A stretch of DNA of 30,304 nucleotides from an uncultured Candidatus Bathyarchaeia archaeon (GCA_964447115.1 CAYURV010000001.1:1-30304), one strand, 5' to 3'; shown: positions 1-10,167, numbered from the stretch's first letter. Notes: generated by a model from the letters alone, not told the origin. Translations and numbers: made by a program.

Positions 1-52
1 TCCAAGTGAGTCCAGACTTGAATTCCACTTTCATCTGGGAGGCTTCAGTCAT
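1..52 (-). CDS. 5' end of a divergent gene running off the window (MTEASQMKVEFKSGLTW...), product unknown
   Basis: ATG at 52 on the minus strand, open to the window edge; AT-rich spacer (about 60-140) shared with the large plus-strand gene. Only 17 codons are visible. Confidence 0.4.
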   Translation of the reverse strand, partial: MTEASQMKVEFKSGLTW

Positions 53-144
53 GTGCCTTCACATCTCTTAAGTTCTCTATTGCTAGAAAAATATTATTAG
101 GCGAATCTATTTTTATATCTTATCAATGAATTAGTGATGCGCAC

Positions 145-3100
145 ATGGGGAAACCAGTAGAGTGGTTCAAGCGGGTGAAGATACTTTCCATCTTTCTTAC
201 CTTTCTACTTTCACTCTCAGTTCTTCCCTTTACGCTTGTGTCCAATTCTCATGCTGCTGTGGGAATTTCGCCTGCGGTGATAGACTGGGAGACAGCCGTG
301 GACTATGCAAGAGTGAGTGAACACGTAGCCCAATTTTCAAGTCACGGCTCGAGGGTGACCGGCTATCCCGGATATTATGCTGCTAAAGAATACATCAAGA
401 CAGAATTCAGAAAATATGGCGAGAGATACCAGTTTGGGTTCGAGCTTGATGTTCAGGAATACAACATAACAGTTCCTTTAGAATATGAGACCCGACTTAG
501 AATTACTTCGCCAAGCAACCTCATTCGGGAAGTGAAAGCATATACAGCTTGGCCGAATGACATTCAGACGTGTCCAACACCTCCGGATGGAGTGATTGGT
601 AGTTTAATCTATGTGGGGGAAGGAAACCTAGAAGATTTCGATGGATACGATGTTGAGGGTTCAATAGTCCTTATGGACTTCAACACCAAGGCCAATTGGC
701 TAAACGCCGCCAAGCTAGGGGCCAAAGCCGTCATATTCATCGAACCTGAAGACACAATATACCTTCAATGCATGAGCAAGTTCCTGACCACCCCGGTTCA
801 TTTCACACGTCTATATGTCAGCAGGGAGGACGGAGAACTCCTTAAGAAAGCTAACGAAGTTCAAATAGTCTCAAGGATGTTCTACCGAGCGATTAGAGCT
901 GAGAACATAATAGCCAAATTTACCGGGGCAGATTCTAGGCTTGTTAATGATGTCATAGTGATCTCCGCACACTACGATGCGTGGTCCCCATTTCCCAACA
1001 TGTCATACGCAGCACATGAGGCAATAGCACCTTCAATACTACTTGAACTTGCCAAGTTCTTCAGCGAACACCCGCCTTCAAAAACTGTTTGGCTGGTAGC
1101 CCTTTCCGGTCACTGGGAAGCACTTGCTGGCGCAAGAGAGTTTGTTGAGGAGTACTATTTCAGACCTGAAGTCCTGAATGGAGATCAGAGGCTCTGGATA
1201 ATGTTAAGTCTTTGGGGAATCGATAGTGAGGGAGATGGGCTGCAGTTCCTGGTTTCTGGGCACTACAACTTCTATGGTGCTAAACCTTCAGATGGCACCC
1301 TTAATCTGCGCTTTGCAGAGATAGGCAACATTATCGAAAGGTTTCTCCGAGAACAAGATATAGTCAATCCTTTCCGAAAAGTTATGCAAGAGGAGTTTGG
1401 GCGGCAGCTGTTTCCATGGAACTTCACGGAGGGAACCATTCACAATTACCAGTATGCCAGTACAACTTTATGGTATGGAACAGAGGCATATCCGTATATG
1501 CTGGATTCGGAACCGGCAACAATCGCTGGATGCATAGGTCTAGGATTGTCCACACGGAACACGTACAGACAGTATCGTGGGACGCCAAAAAACGACTTTG
1601 GGGAGATAGACTTTAGAAAGATTAAGCCTCAATTCATGGTTATCGCCTACCTAGCCTATCGGCTCTCAACTGAGGAGAACTGGCAAATAAGATGGGCTGA
1701 TGTTGCTCCTACAAGAATTGACATGATTAACCCCCAGAGAAGTTGGCCCGGATTTATCACCCTAAAAGGGAAAGTTGTGGCTTTCAACGTTTCCTCTGGG
1801 TGGTATAAACCTATGCCGGGCGCGCTTGTTGAAGTCTCCATCGGTTTAGCTCTCCCCTTCCAAAGGGTGATAACGATAGCCGATGAGAATGCGAAGTATG
1901 AGGTTCATGGAATAGCCCCGGCGGCTACTGGGGGAACGGCGGTGGAAGTTATGCTCACAGCAACGGGAATGCTTTTCGAATGGTTCACGTATGGGTGGGT
2001 GATAAACGAGTTCGATGGCACAATTGAGTACGCTCTGGACCTAGGAATACAAGGTGCTCACCAGACTTCACCAATTGCTGCTCCATTAAGGCATCCCGAA
2101 GAGGTGACGACGACTATTACCCCCTGTGTCCCTGTAACCCTCTTCGATGTGATTGACCCTAGGACAATTAGACCCTCGAGGATTCTTGATCCTCGGTTCT
2201 CAGGATACTGGCAAGAAACGACGACTAGGGCAGGATTCTTTTACTTTGGGGTTGGCGCTGTTGGCATAATCGACTTCTCCTCTAAGAGCATGTTTCTAGT
2301 AGGCTACGGAGCTTACTACAATGGTTGGGATCCCGTTGCCTTGGTCTTCACGCCACCAAATACTAGATTTGTCCTAGGAGTGGGTGTGATGGGAGCTCTA
2401 TGGCCAACGATGGTGTTAACCAACTCAACCGAAGACTATCCAGAGGGAACCGGCATGATAGCTGACAAGCCTCTGACAATAACCTTTACAGCATATAGGG
2501 CAGCAGTAGACATGATCCGTCTATCCAAGAGCAGATACAGCATGATGAGCAGTCGCTTCGCAGGGAGCGCAAGCACCGAAAAAAAGATCCAAATGGCTGA
2601 GAGTCACCTGGCCAAAGTCGAAGACGCTATCTCCCAAAAGGCTTGGGGCGAAGCCTATGCTGAATCTTTGACGGCTTGGGCGCTAGCTTTCAGAGCCTAC
2701 GCAACAGAGGTCATGCCTCTAATCAATGATGCCTCAACCTCGGCGCTTATGATCTTTGCGCTCACGATACTTTCAGCCTTCTTCTGGGAAAGACTGCTCA
2801 TTCACACTGAGGAAAGGGCAAGGATATTCTCTATGATAGTTGCTGGCGGCACCATTTTGGGCATTTTCTCATTTATACATCCAGCCATAACCTTGATGAG
2901 TAACTCATTCATGGGTCTTCTCGGGGCTCTAATCTTCATAGTGTTCTTAATCGCGATTCTCCTCCTCACTAGACTCGGGGAACAGGTTAGAAAGACTTTT
3001 GAATTGGAGATTCTGGGGATTCATAGGTCCGAGTTAAGCTGGGTGGATGTTGTCTCAACTTCAGTTTCTGTCGGACTTGAGAATATGAGGAAGAGACGGT

Positions 3101-4857
3101 TCCGAACGGTGTTGACGCTCATGACAATCATAGTAACGACGGTAGCACTGACATCCTTCACATCAGTCTCTTACTATACCTTTGAAGAACTTGTCCTCGG
3201 TGGAGAACAGGGATATCGGGCTCCTGGATATTATGATGGTATTCTCATAAAAGAAGGCTGGGGATCTCCCCCAACGGGAGCTCTGGATCCCACCCTTGTA
3301 CAAACTATAAAGAGTATGGTCGGGGACGAGGGATATGTGCTACCAAGAGCCTGGTATTACCCGCCTTCACATCCACATAGGTCACCCTACGTCTACGAGA
3401 ACTTATCAACCCCGTATGGAAGCGAGATAATATTTTCAGCTCTCGGCATAACTGTCGATGAGTTCAACCTCACTTTTAGAGATGCTACAACGGGATTCGG
3501 TTTCTCAAGCAAGGAAATCTATCAGTCGTGCCTTTTACCCACTATAGCTGCAGACCACTTATACCCAGCACAACGTGGGGAGGAGCCGCGTCCTGAAATG
3601 GCTATAGGGAAAACCATAAAGGCTTTCGGTCTTAACCTGACGATTGCGGGTATCTTCGACACGACGTTACTATTGCCAGACCTAGATACACCTTCCGAAC
3701 TAAGGTCTTCCTGGGACTATGGAACGCCTGTGGACGCTAGGTTCAACAACCTCCTAAGCCCAGCTGGCACATTGCCCCTTATACAAACTGGGATCCCAGT
3801 CATTCCAACCCCGCCGAACCAGACTATGATAATCCCATTCGAGTTGGCAATGGACCTTGGAGGATACGTGGGCGAGATCGTTGTGAAGTTCGATAAGGGA
3901 ATAACGCGGGAAAAGCTGGTCAGTTATGCTCAAGAGTTGTCTGCGTTCTTCGACGGAAAGGTTTTCATGTCGTGGGGTGGAGACGTGTATAGGGTTTCGA
4001 GAATTCGTTGGTTCCAAGCATTAGGTTGGGAACTCGTGCCTGCAATACTGATAATCGGCGCCCTCAATGTCGCCACCACAATACTTGGGAACGTAAAGGA
4101 AAGAACCAAGGACATCTTTGTCTTCAGTTCGGTTGGTCTCTCACCACTCGGCGCAAGTGTCCTCTTCCTTGTGGAATCAGTCACCTACGCTGTCATAGGT
4201 ACAACGATAGGTTACTTGTCTGGCCTTGGGTTCAACGCTCTTCTGATAGCGCTGAATATCGTACCAGTTGGGCATGTGTTCAACTATGCCTCAATCTTCG
4301 TAGTGATTGCACTGGTCGCTGTGTTGGTGTCAGCCCTAGCCTCTTCGTTATATCCGTCATTCGTGGCCTCTAGGCTAATCACGCCGTCTCTGGAAAGGAA
4401 GTGGAAGCCGCCTACTAAGCCGCATCACGACGAATGGACTATGGATCTTCCAGCAGTATTAACCTCAATAGACGAGGCATACGGTCTGATTGAATATCTG
4501 TGGGAGTATTATACTGGAGCTGGCGCAGCGAAACCCTCATTCATAGTCCGTGCAGTCTCCCCGCCAAACTTCGAAGAACTAAGACTAGAGATAGGTACCA
4601 TGAGCCTAGCTCCTTACGAGACACACACAGACCAAAGAGTCATGATCCAATGCTTCAGGGCAAAGGGCGAAAAGGAACTCTATAACTTAGGAGTCTACCT
4701 GAAGATGCTTTCGGGCAACCGCAGCGTATGGGTTTCCTCAAACTACTACCTCATAGACGATCTTAGGAAGCAGATACTCATCTGGAGGTCGCTTCCTCAA
4801 GAGAGCCGTGAAAAACTCATGAGAACAGCGAAGGTATCTTTAGAGAGAGCCAAGTAG
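145..4857 (+). CDS. 1570-aa membrane protein: signal peptide, M28 peptidase-like domain with PA insert, beta-sandwich, helical segment, TM bundle, then MacB/FtsX-type ABC permease
   Basis: N-terminal hydrophobic leader ending SHA/A; GSRVTGYPG and ISAHYD (M28-like); PA-like LIYVGEG..GSIVLMDF..GAKAVIF; MacB TM1 motif NMRKRRFRTVLTLMTI; FtsX motif VKERTKDIFVFSSVGLSP followed by TM helices. Confidence 0.85.
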   Translation: MGKPVEWFKRVKILSIFLTFLLSLSVLPFTLVSNSHAAVGISPAVIDWETAVDYARVSEHVAQFSSHGSRVTGYPGYYAAKEYIKTEFRKYGERYQFGFELDVQEYNITVPLEYETRLRITSPSNLIREVKAYTAWPNDIQTCPTPPDGVIGSLIYVGEGNLEDFDGYDVEGSIVLMDFNTKANWLNAAKLGAKAVIFIEPEDTIYLQCMSKFLTTPVHFTRLYVSREDGELLKKANEVQIVSRMFYRAIRAENIIAKFTGADSRLVNDVIVISAHYDAWSPFPNMSYAAHEAIAPSILLELAKFFSEHPPSKTVWLVALSGHWEALAGAREFVEEYYFRPEVLNGDQRLWIMLSLWGIDSEGDGLQFLVSGHYNFYGAKPSDGTLNLRFAEIGNIIERFLREQDIVNPFRKVMQEEFGRQLFPWNFTEGTIHNYQYASTTLWYGTEAYPYMLDSEPATIAGCIGLGLSTRNTYRQYRGTPKNDFGEIDFRKIKPQFMVIAYLAYRLSTEENWQIRWADVAPTRIDMINPQRSWPGFITLKGKVVAFNVSSGWYKPMPGALVEVSIGLALPFQRVITIADENAKYEVHGIAPAATGGTAVEVMLTATGMLFEWFTYGWVINEFDGTIEYALDLGIQGAHQTSPIAAPLRHPEEVTTTITPCVPVTLFDVIDPRTIRPSRILDPRFSGYWQETTTRAGFFYFGVGAVGIIDFSSKSMFLVGYGAYYNGWDPVALVFTPPNTRFVLGVGVMGALWPTMVLTNSTEDYPEGTGMIADKPLTITFTAYRAAVDMIRLSKSRYSMMSSRFAGSASTEKKIQMAESHLAKVEDAISQKAWGEAYAESLTAWALAFRAYATEVMPLINDASTSALMIFALTILSAFFWERLLIHTEERARIFSMIVAGGTILGIFSFIHPAITLMSNSFMGLLGALIFIVFLIAILLLTRLGEQVRKTFELEILGIHRSELSWVDVVSTSVSVGLENMRKRRFRTVLTLMTIIVTTVALTSFTSVSYYTFEELVLGGEQGYRAPGYYDGILIKEGWGSPPTGALDPTLVQTIKSMVGDEGYVLPRAWYYPPSHPHRSPYVYENLSTPYGSEIIFSALGITVDEFNLTFRDATTGFGFSSKEIYQSCLLPTIAADHLYPAQRGEEPRPEMAIGKTIKAFGLNLTIAGIFDTTLLLPDLDTPSELRSSWDYGTPVDARFNNLLSPAGTLPLIQTGIPVIPTPPNQTMIIPFELAMDLGGYVGEIVVKFDKGITREKLVSYAQELSAFFDGKVFMSWGGDVYRVSRIRWFQALGWELVPAILIIGALNVATTILGNVKERTKDIFVFSSVGLSPLGASVLFLVESVTYAVIGTTIGYLSGLGFNALLIALNIVPVGHVFNYASIFVVIALVAVLVSALASSLYPSFVASRLITPSLERKWKPPTKPHHDEWTMDLPAVLTSIDEAYGLIEYLWEYYTGAGAAKPSFIVRAVSPPNFEELRLEIGTMSLAPYETHTDQRVMIQCFRAKGEKELYNLGVYLKMLSGNRSVWVSSNYYLIDDLRKQILIWRSLPQESREKLMRTAKVSLERAK

Positions 4858-4918
4858 AGTCAACCCTTGGATTAGCTAAAGAGTATCTCGTCCTATAACC
4901 GGAATTGGTTCCAGATGC

Positions 4919-4930
4919 TTTCTTTTTCTT
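4919..4930 (+). terminator. Possible oligo-T archaeal terminator between convergent genes
   Basis: TTTCTTTTTCTT tract about 60 nt after the stop at 4857 and just before the stop of the convergent gene. Confidence 0.3.
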
Positions 4931-4940
4931 AGGATTCACC

Positions 4941-5903
4941 TTATTCTAAGTACCTGATGGCTTTTGGCTCTTTGCCAGTCGAAACAAGCTCCCTCATGTA
5001 TCTCAATGCTGCTTTCACGTGCCTGTCCACGGCCTCGATGCCCTGATATTCATGATCCTCTAAAACCGGGCTGCATTCCTCAGACGCGATGAAGCCGTCG
5101 AAGCCTATTCTTTTCAACTCTCTTATGAATGCAGGATAGTTTACAGGTTTGAGTTTGCGGTCTCTGATTAAGATGTCTCCGGATGGTGACTCGTCGAATC
5201 CGAGGGACCCATAGTGCGAATGAACGATGCCTATGTGCCTGCAAGCTTCCACAGCCTCATGAATATACTCTTCACTTTGGTTGGTGAAAAGCGGGACGTC
5301 CAGGCATAGTTTCACGTTATCCATATTAATTTCACTAACCATCTGTAAAACATCTTCATAACCCGGACGCAAAACGGGAGGATGATTTTGTAACGCGACA
5401 ACGACACCACATTGCTCTGCCCATTCAGCTGCGTCTCTGATTCCCTCAACGGCCCATCTCCACCGTTGAATGTCTGGCACAAGGTTCCCTTCGAAGTCAA
5501 ATATTCTACGGCCAAAATCGTAGGTGCCGAGGTTGTCATGTCTGCTGGTTCCAGGCCAAGCTGCGAAGACTTTGACTATCTTGGCCCCCAAATCGTCTGC
5601 AAGTTCTATAGCCTCCCTAACCATACATAGATTGTTCTCTCTATCTTCTATCAGTGGTCTCGAGAAATTCGACATTGTCTCGACTGCGCATACTGGAATA
5701 TCTTGCGAGGCCGCAAGTTGCTTGATTCCCTTTCTAGCTTTCCTATCCAGGTCGCATGGGAGCGCAACAGGCCTCTTCGTTTCTATGGATACACCGTCGA
5801 AGCCGAGGTCTCGAGCCTTCACGATCTGTTCTGTTAGAGACAAGGCCTCCCCTTTATACCACAGACCACAGTATGTTACTGTAAACAAGGCTAACTTGAT
5901 CAT
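4941..5903 (-). CDS. Sugar phosphate isomerase/epimerase family protein (xylose-isomerase-like TIM barrel)
   Basis: GFDGVSIE, ALQNH, VKLCLD, HSHY and GFDGFIASEEC carry the E/D/H/E metal-ligand pattern of this family. Confidence 0.85.
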   Translation of the reverse strand: MIKLALFTVTYCGLWYKGEALSLTEQIVKARDLGFDGVSIETKRPVALPCDLDRKARKGIKQLAASQDIPVCAVETMSNFSRPLIEDRENNLCMVREAIELADDLGAKIVKVFAAWPGTSRHDNLGTYDFGRRIFDFEGNLVPDIQRWRWAVEGIRDAAEWAEQCGVVVALQNHPPVLRPGYEDVLQMVSEINMDNVKLCLDVPLFTNQSEEYIHEAVEACRHIGIVHSHYGSLGFDESPSGDILIRDRKLKPVNYPAFIRELKRIGFDGFIASEECSPVLEDHEYQGIEAVDRHVKAALRYMRELVSTGKEPKAIRYLE

Positions 5904-6107
5904 GTTAATCTGTTTCGGCTTAAGTGGTATTTATCGTTACCGTCTTTGCGTCTGCCGGATGACTGCAAAGGGAGAGACAAAGATGCTCTCAAGGCTCGCA
6001 GGTACAATTATCTTATACTTATGACAATTGTGGAAGGCTGATATGTCTCCTTGCGGGTAAATGTAGTATAGGTGTCACGCCGTATAGACCCAATAAGGCA
6101 AATTTTC

Positions 6108-6617
6108 TCAGCAATATCTCTCCTTAGTGTATCGGTTAGCCATCTTTACGACCTTAAGGTTAAACTTATGCAAGTTCCCAAGATTGATCTCACCCGTTGA
6201 TCGATCCAGAATATCTTCGCGTTCCGCAACCAACTTTGTGTAGAGGCTTATCTTCTGCATCTCGGCAGGAAACAGGTAAAGGTAAAGGTCGAAGCCACCG
6301 CCAATATCCGATTCACTGCCAACCCTTACGATGATTGTCCCATTTTTAACAACCCGCAGCGGAAAGCTTCCTTTCTCGGTGGCGAATCCTTCTTCTTTGG
6401 CTATTCGCGAAAGCAACCCTTCGTCTATCTTGTCATGGAACTCGATCCTAATGGCTTCTATCGTGACTCTCTCGATCTTCGCTATGCCTTTGGGAAGGAA
6501 CATGGAGGTTGCATTGAAGTCAAAAAGATCAGAGATGGCTTGAAGAAGACTCACAGAACGGCAATAATCATCCTCTAGAACTGAATCCTTAGCACTATCC
6601 AATGAAGCGTCACCCAA
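6108..6617 (-). CDS. Hypothetical protein (169 aa), probably co-transcribed with lysS
   Basis: TTG start 9 nt after the lysS stop, same strand, protein-like composition; no family recognised. Confidence 0.65.
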   Translation of the reverse strand: MGDASLDSAKDSVLEDDYCRSVSLLQAISDLFDFNATSMFLPKGIAKIERVTIEAIRIEFHDKIDEGLLSRIAKEEGFATEKGSFPLRVVKNGTIIVRVGSESDIGGGFDLYLYLFPAEMQKISLYTKLVAEREDILDRSTGEINLGNLHKFNLKVVKMANRYTKERYC

Positions 6618-6626
6618 CCTTAATAG

Positions 6627-8237
6627 TCAGGATTTTTCATGTGATATACTTAGGCTCTTTCTGAAAGCTTCGATTGCGTTCTCTCTCCCTATGTCGATTA
6701 TGTAGGGACCTAGCCTTGGCCCTGATGGCGTTCCTAGCAGTATTGAGTAGAGTGTCTCAAAGAACTCTTTCGGCTTTATCTCATTGACCCTGGCAATCTC
6801 GAAGACGGTGCTCTGGATCTTCTCAGCATCTTCCATAGTCTGAAGCGCATCAATCAACTGTCTAACAGCATTTCTTTCTACATGGCTCAGTCTAGTTTCT
6901 ATCTTGACCACCTCCTTGAAATCTTGGACCCAGTTAAGAGCATATTCAATTCGCTTCCCCACGCCGGGTGGGATAACCTCATTGATGTACTGGTAGTCCC
7001 GAAGCTTCTTTGTGATGAACTCTGTTTCCATTGCTTCTGGAGCTACTTTAGCCATGTAAGCCAATAAGTTGTATGGAATATGAATACCGGAGACTCGAGG
7101 TGGCTTCATGAACCAGCAGTATCTATATAAGCCTACAAGTTTCGCTGTTTCTTTTTTACCTCGGATCCGTTTTCTTCCGAAGTATATGTCCTCTAGTTCA
7201 TCTAGTTCGTCCATGTAACGCGGAATGTCAAAGACTGAGATGTGCCGAGTTCCGGCGAACCGTTTCAATGTGAGAAGAACCATTGACTGGGGCGAGCCAT
7301 ACCTGAACCAGACTTGAGGCGTGAAGACGTTGCCTACAGACTTTGAGATCTTCTTTCCACTCTTATCTAGAAACATCTCATACTGGATGTGCATCGGAGG
7401 CTCGTAGCCAAGGATCTCGCGAGAAATTCTATCGTTTACACCGACTGAGTCTGCTATGTCTTTGCCATAGGCTTCGAATTGGATCCCAAACGCGCGCCAC
7501 CTAGCTGCGAATTCCCCGGCTTTCCAGCTAATTTTCCCCTCTCCCTTAGTATAGTCTGCCTCGCCTTCGTATCCACAGCCTTCCAGCCACTTATGTTTGA
7601 TCTCCATACCTTCGCAGATATACAAGACTTTATCCTCTTCGGGGAGAAACTTGTACGCTTTTGTTGTGTATATTCTTCCGCAAGAGTGGCAAATGGGGAA
7701 ATATGGTAGGGCTTCTAGGTATTTTTCCTGTCCCGTTTCCTCCCTCACTATCTCTCCCACTTGTCTACCGTTCTTTAGAAGAATTCTAATTTCCTCGTTC
7801 AGCAGACCTTTCCCGTACACCTCAATGGCTGACATGAAAGTGTGTTTGACGCCACAATGGTCCAATGCATCGAGGAGAAGATAAACCATATGGTCGCCAT
7901 AGCTGCTATGACAGTCGAAGGGGTCAGGAACCTCTGTAACAGGAAACCCTAAGAACTTTCTCAACGATGTAGGAAGCCCCTTTGGGACGCTTCTTAGTCC
8001 GTCTTTGTTATCAGAGAAGACGATGAACTCAGAGTTGTAGCCTTGCTCTTTAAGAGCCAGGGACACAGCGTAGTTCCGCGTAACCTCGCTGAGACTGCCG
8101 ATGTGAGGGATTCCAGAGGCTGCAACTCCACTTTCAACCCTAATCAGGTCGAGGCTTCTGCTGAGTTCCTGTTCTCTTTTGGATATCTCGAAGGCAACTT
8201 TGTCGTACCACGTTCCGTGACCTATTATATCTGACAA
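6627..8237 (-). CDS. lysS: Lysine--tRNA ligase, class I
   Basis: HIGH-type ASGIPHIGS, DNKDGLRSVP, YGKDIA, KMSKS-type KISKSVGN, and C-terminal GPRLG of class I LysRS. Confidence 0.97.
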   Translation of the reverse strand: MSDIIGHGTWYDKVAFEISKREQELSRSLDLIRVESGVAASGIPHIGSLSEVTRNYAVSLALKEQGYNSEFIVFSDNKDGLRSVPKGLPTSLRKFLGFPVTEVPDPFDCHSSYGDHMVYLLLDALDHCGVKHTFMSAIEVYGKGLLNEEIRILLKNGRQVGEIVREETGQEKYLEALPYFPICHSCGRIYTTKAYKFLPEEDKVLYICEGMEIKHKWLEGCGYEGEADYTKGEGKISWKAGEFAARWRAFGIQFEAYGKDIADSVGVNDRISREILGYEPPMHIQYEMFLDKSGKKISKSVGNVFTPQVWFRYGSPQSMVLLTLKRFAGTRHISVFDIPRYMDELDELEDIYFGRKRIRGKKETAKLVGLYRYCWFMKPPRVSGIHIPYNLLAYMAKVAPEAMETEFITKKLRDYQYINEVIPPGVGKRIEYALNWVQDFKEVVKIETRLSHVERNAVRQLIDALQTMEDAEKIQSTVFEIARVNEIKPKEFFETLYSILLGTPSGPRLGPYIIDIGRENAIEAFRKSLSISHEKS

Positions 8238-8536
8238 GATTCCATCGTTCCATCCGTTAAAGGATGTTATTATGAACTATGATAAACGGGCGTGTCAAAT
8301 AAAAGTTACTTGAGGAGTTACAGGCTTGGACGGGTTCCTGTCTGGAATATCAATATGTAAAGATCGTGAAATATTCTGACCATCCCCAATGACAAGTTGA
8401 CATATTTCTTTGCACCATATATTGGATAACTATATCACTGCTTCTTAAGCTGAATAAGAAGCAGTATCTATGGATATTATGAGTCCTTAAGTGAGACGGC
8501 TCTAGCTGAATCATATTGAAAAGGCAAGACTTAGTA

Positions 8537-8770
8537 ATGCAGACGAATAAGCAAGGAAAGAGAAGGGAGTCTCAACCGCCTAGTTCAACAGTCACAATGC
8601 TCGCAAATCTTCTCTATTTAGTAACAGTGTGCTGGGTAATTCCAGTCGTTCCTATGGTGATCGTCTGGGTATTACGTTGGTCATTTGGTGCGTTTCTAGT
8701 CATGTGGGTCGATGCAATGCCTCTTCTAATAACAGGCTGGTATCTTCTCTTCAAGGCATCTAGGGAGTAA
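8537..8770 (+). CDS. Small hypothetical membrane protein (about 2 TM helices)
   Basis: Basic N-terminus followed by long hydrophobic stretches; ATG at 8537 preferred over TTG at 8516; no family recognised. Confidence 0.45.
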   Translation: MQTNKQGKRRESQPPSSTVTMLANLLYLVTVCWVIPVVPMVIVWVLRWSFGAFLVMWVDAMPLLITGWYLLFKASRE

Positions 8771-8897
8771 CTCCTTAAAGGCTGGTGGGAATGCCGCCTC
8801 TGATCAAACCAAGTTTAGTAGTATTTTGAACAATCATAACATATTTCAGCGGCAGCAAGCAATCGACTTATTAAACTCATCGAACAGAGAGTCTATC

Positions 8898-9344
8898 ATG
8901 TCACTTGAAGTGTATCAGCGGAAACGGAACTTCGAGAAGACTGACGAACCCAAAGGAGAACCTCAACCTTCTGAGAATCGCGGAAATATCTACGTCATCC
9001 AGAAACATGACGCCAGTCACCTCCATTATGACCTTAGGCTGGAAAGAGATGGTGTTCTTAAAAGCTGGGCTGTGCCAAAGGAGCCACCTGCCGAGAAGGG
9101 CGTCAGAAGGCTCGCCGTCGAAGTCGAGGATCATCCGCTCGAATATGCAGCCTTCGAGGGTGTAATCCCTGAGGGCGAGTACGGCGCTGGAACAGTAGAG
9201 ATATGGGATAAGGGAAGCTACAAGACTGAGAAGTGGCACGAAGATGAAATCGTAGTCTACATAAACGGAAACAGACTGAACGGTAGATACCGCATGATCA
9301 GATTCAAGAAACAGGAAAACGCCTGGTTGCTCTTCAAATGTTGA
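8898..9344 (+). CDS. Stand-alone LigD-type 3'-phosphoesterase (PE) domain protein
   Basis: [44 protein letters not shown] and [12 protein letters not shown] are characteristic PE motifs. Start set at ATG 8898 (MSLEVY). Confidence 0.93.
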   Translation: MSLEVYQRKRNFEKTDEPKGEPQPSENRGNIYVIQKHDASHLHYDLRLERDGVLKSWAVPKEPPAEKGVRRLAVEVEDHPLEYAAFEGVIPEGEYGAGTVEIWDKGSYKTEKWHEDEIVVYINGNRLNGRYRMIRFKKQENAWLLFKC

Positions 9345-9495
9345 TCCTGGATACAATAGAAACACAGTCACAATTCTGCTTTCTTTCCGCGGCGACTAGA
9401 GGTCAAGACTTCATTCAAGGTTAGGAAACGAACGTTCAAAACTTAATAAGATACACGGCTTACATCGTCTAATATTGCTTTGAAACGGGTGGAAG

Positions 9496-10167
9496 ATGGA
9501 AAAAGAGAAAGTTGTTGTTGTCTCATCATTGCGAAAGGGGTACAACATGGATGGGCTAGTAGTAGAAGCGCTCAAAGGTGTTGACCTTGAAGTCGCCGAA
9601 GGCGAATTTATCGCGGTGAGCGGTCCATCAGGCGCTGGAAAGACGACTTTACTCAATATAATCGGTGGCCTAGACAAGCCAACCAGCGGCAAGGTCTCGG
9701 TTTTTGGACACGATTTAGCAAAGCACGATGAGGGTTTCCTTGCAACCTTCCGCTGCGCCTATGTCGGATATGTGTTTCAGTCATATAATCTGATCTCTAC
9801 GCTTACTACGCTGGAGAATGTCGCGTTCCCAATGCAATTGGCCAAATGGTCTGATGAACGTGTAGAGAAAAGGTCCGAAGTTCTGTTGAACATGGTCGGG
9901 TTGATGGACCGATCTGGCCATTTTCCATCTCAGTTAAGCGGTGGCGAGATGCAGCGAGCCGCCTTCGCGAGGGCTTTAGCTACTGATCCCCCGCTCTTCC
10001 TTGTCGATGAGCCCACTGGCAACCTCGACTTGGACACAGGTCTCAAGATAATCAGGATCTTAGAAGGCTTGAAGGGCAAGAAAACCATCATAGTTGCTAC
10101 TCACGACAGGCGTATCCTTGGGCTCGCTGATCGAGCTTTGGCTATGTTGGACGGAAGGATTGTCTAA
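9496..10167 (+). CDS. ABC transporter ATP-binding protein (LolD/MacB-like)
   Basis: Walker [10 protein letters not shown]-loop VFQSYNL, signature LSGGE, Walker B/D-loop [11 protein letters not shown]-loop ATHD. Confidence 0.95.
   Translation: MEKEKVVVVSSLRKGYNMDGLVVEALKGVDLEVAEGEFIAVSGPSGAGKTTLLNIIGGLDKPTSGKVSVFGHDLAKHDEGFLATFRCAYVGYVFQSYNLISTLTTLENVAFPMQLAKWSDERVEKRSEVLLNMVGLMDRSGHFPSQLSGGEMQRAAFARALATDPPLFLVDEPTGNLDLDTGLKIIRILEGLKGKKTIIVATHDRRILGLADRALAMLDGRIV

Noticed and set aside
5524-6024. Long antisense or alternative-frame ORFs (e.g. 5524-6024, 8901-9371, 26989-27447, 29587-30003, 29652-30158)
   Set aside because: They overlap well-supported genes and have no motifs; treated as shadow ORFs.
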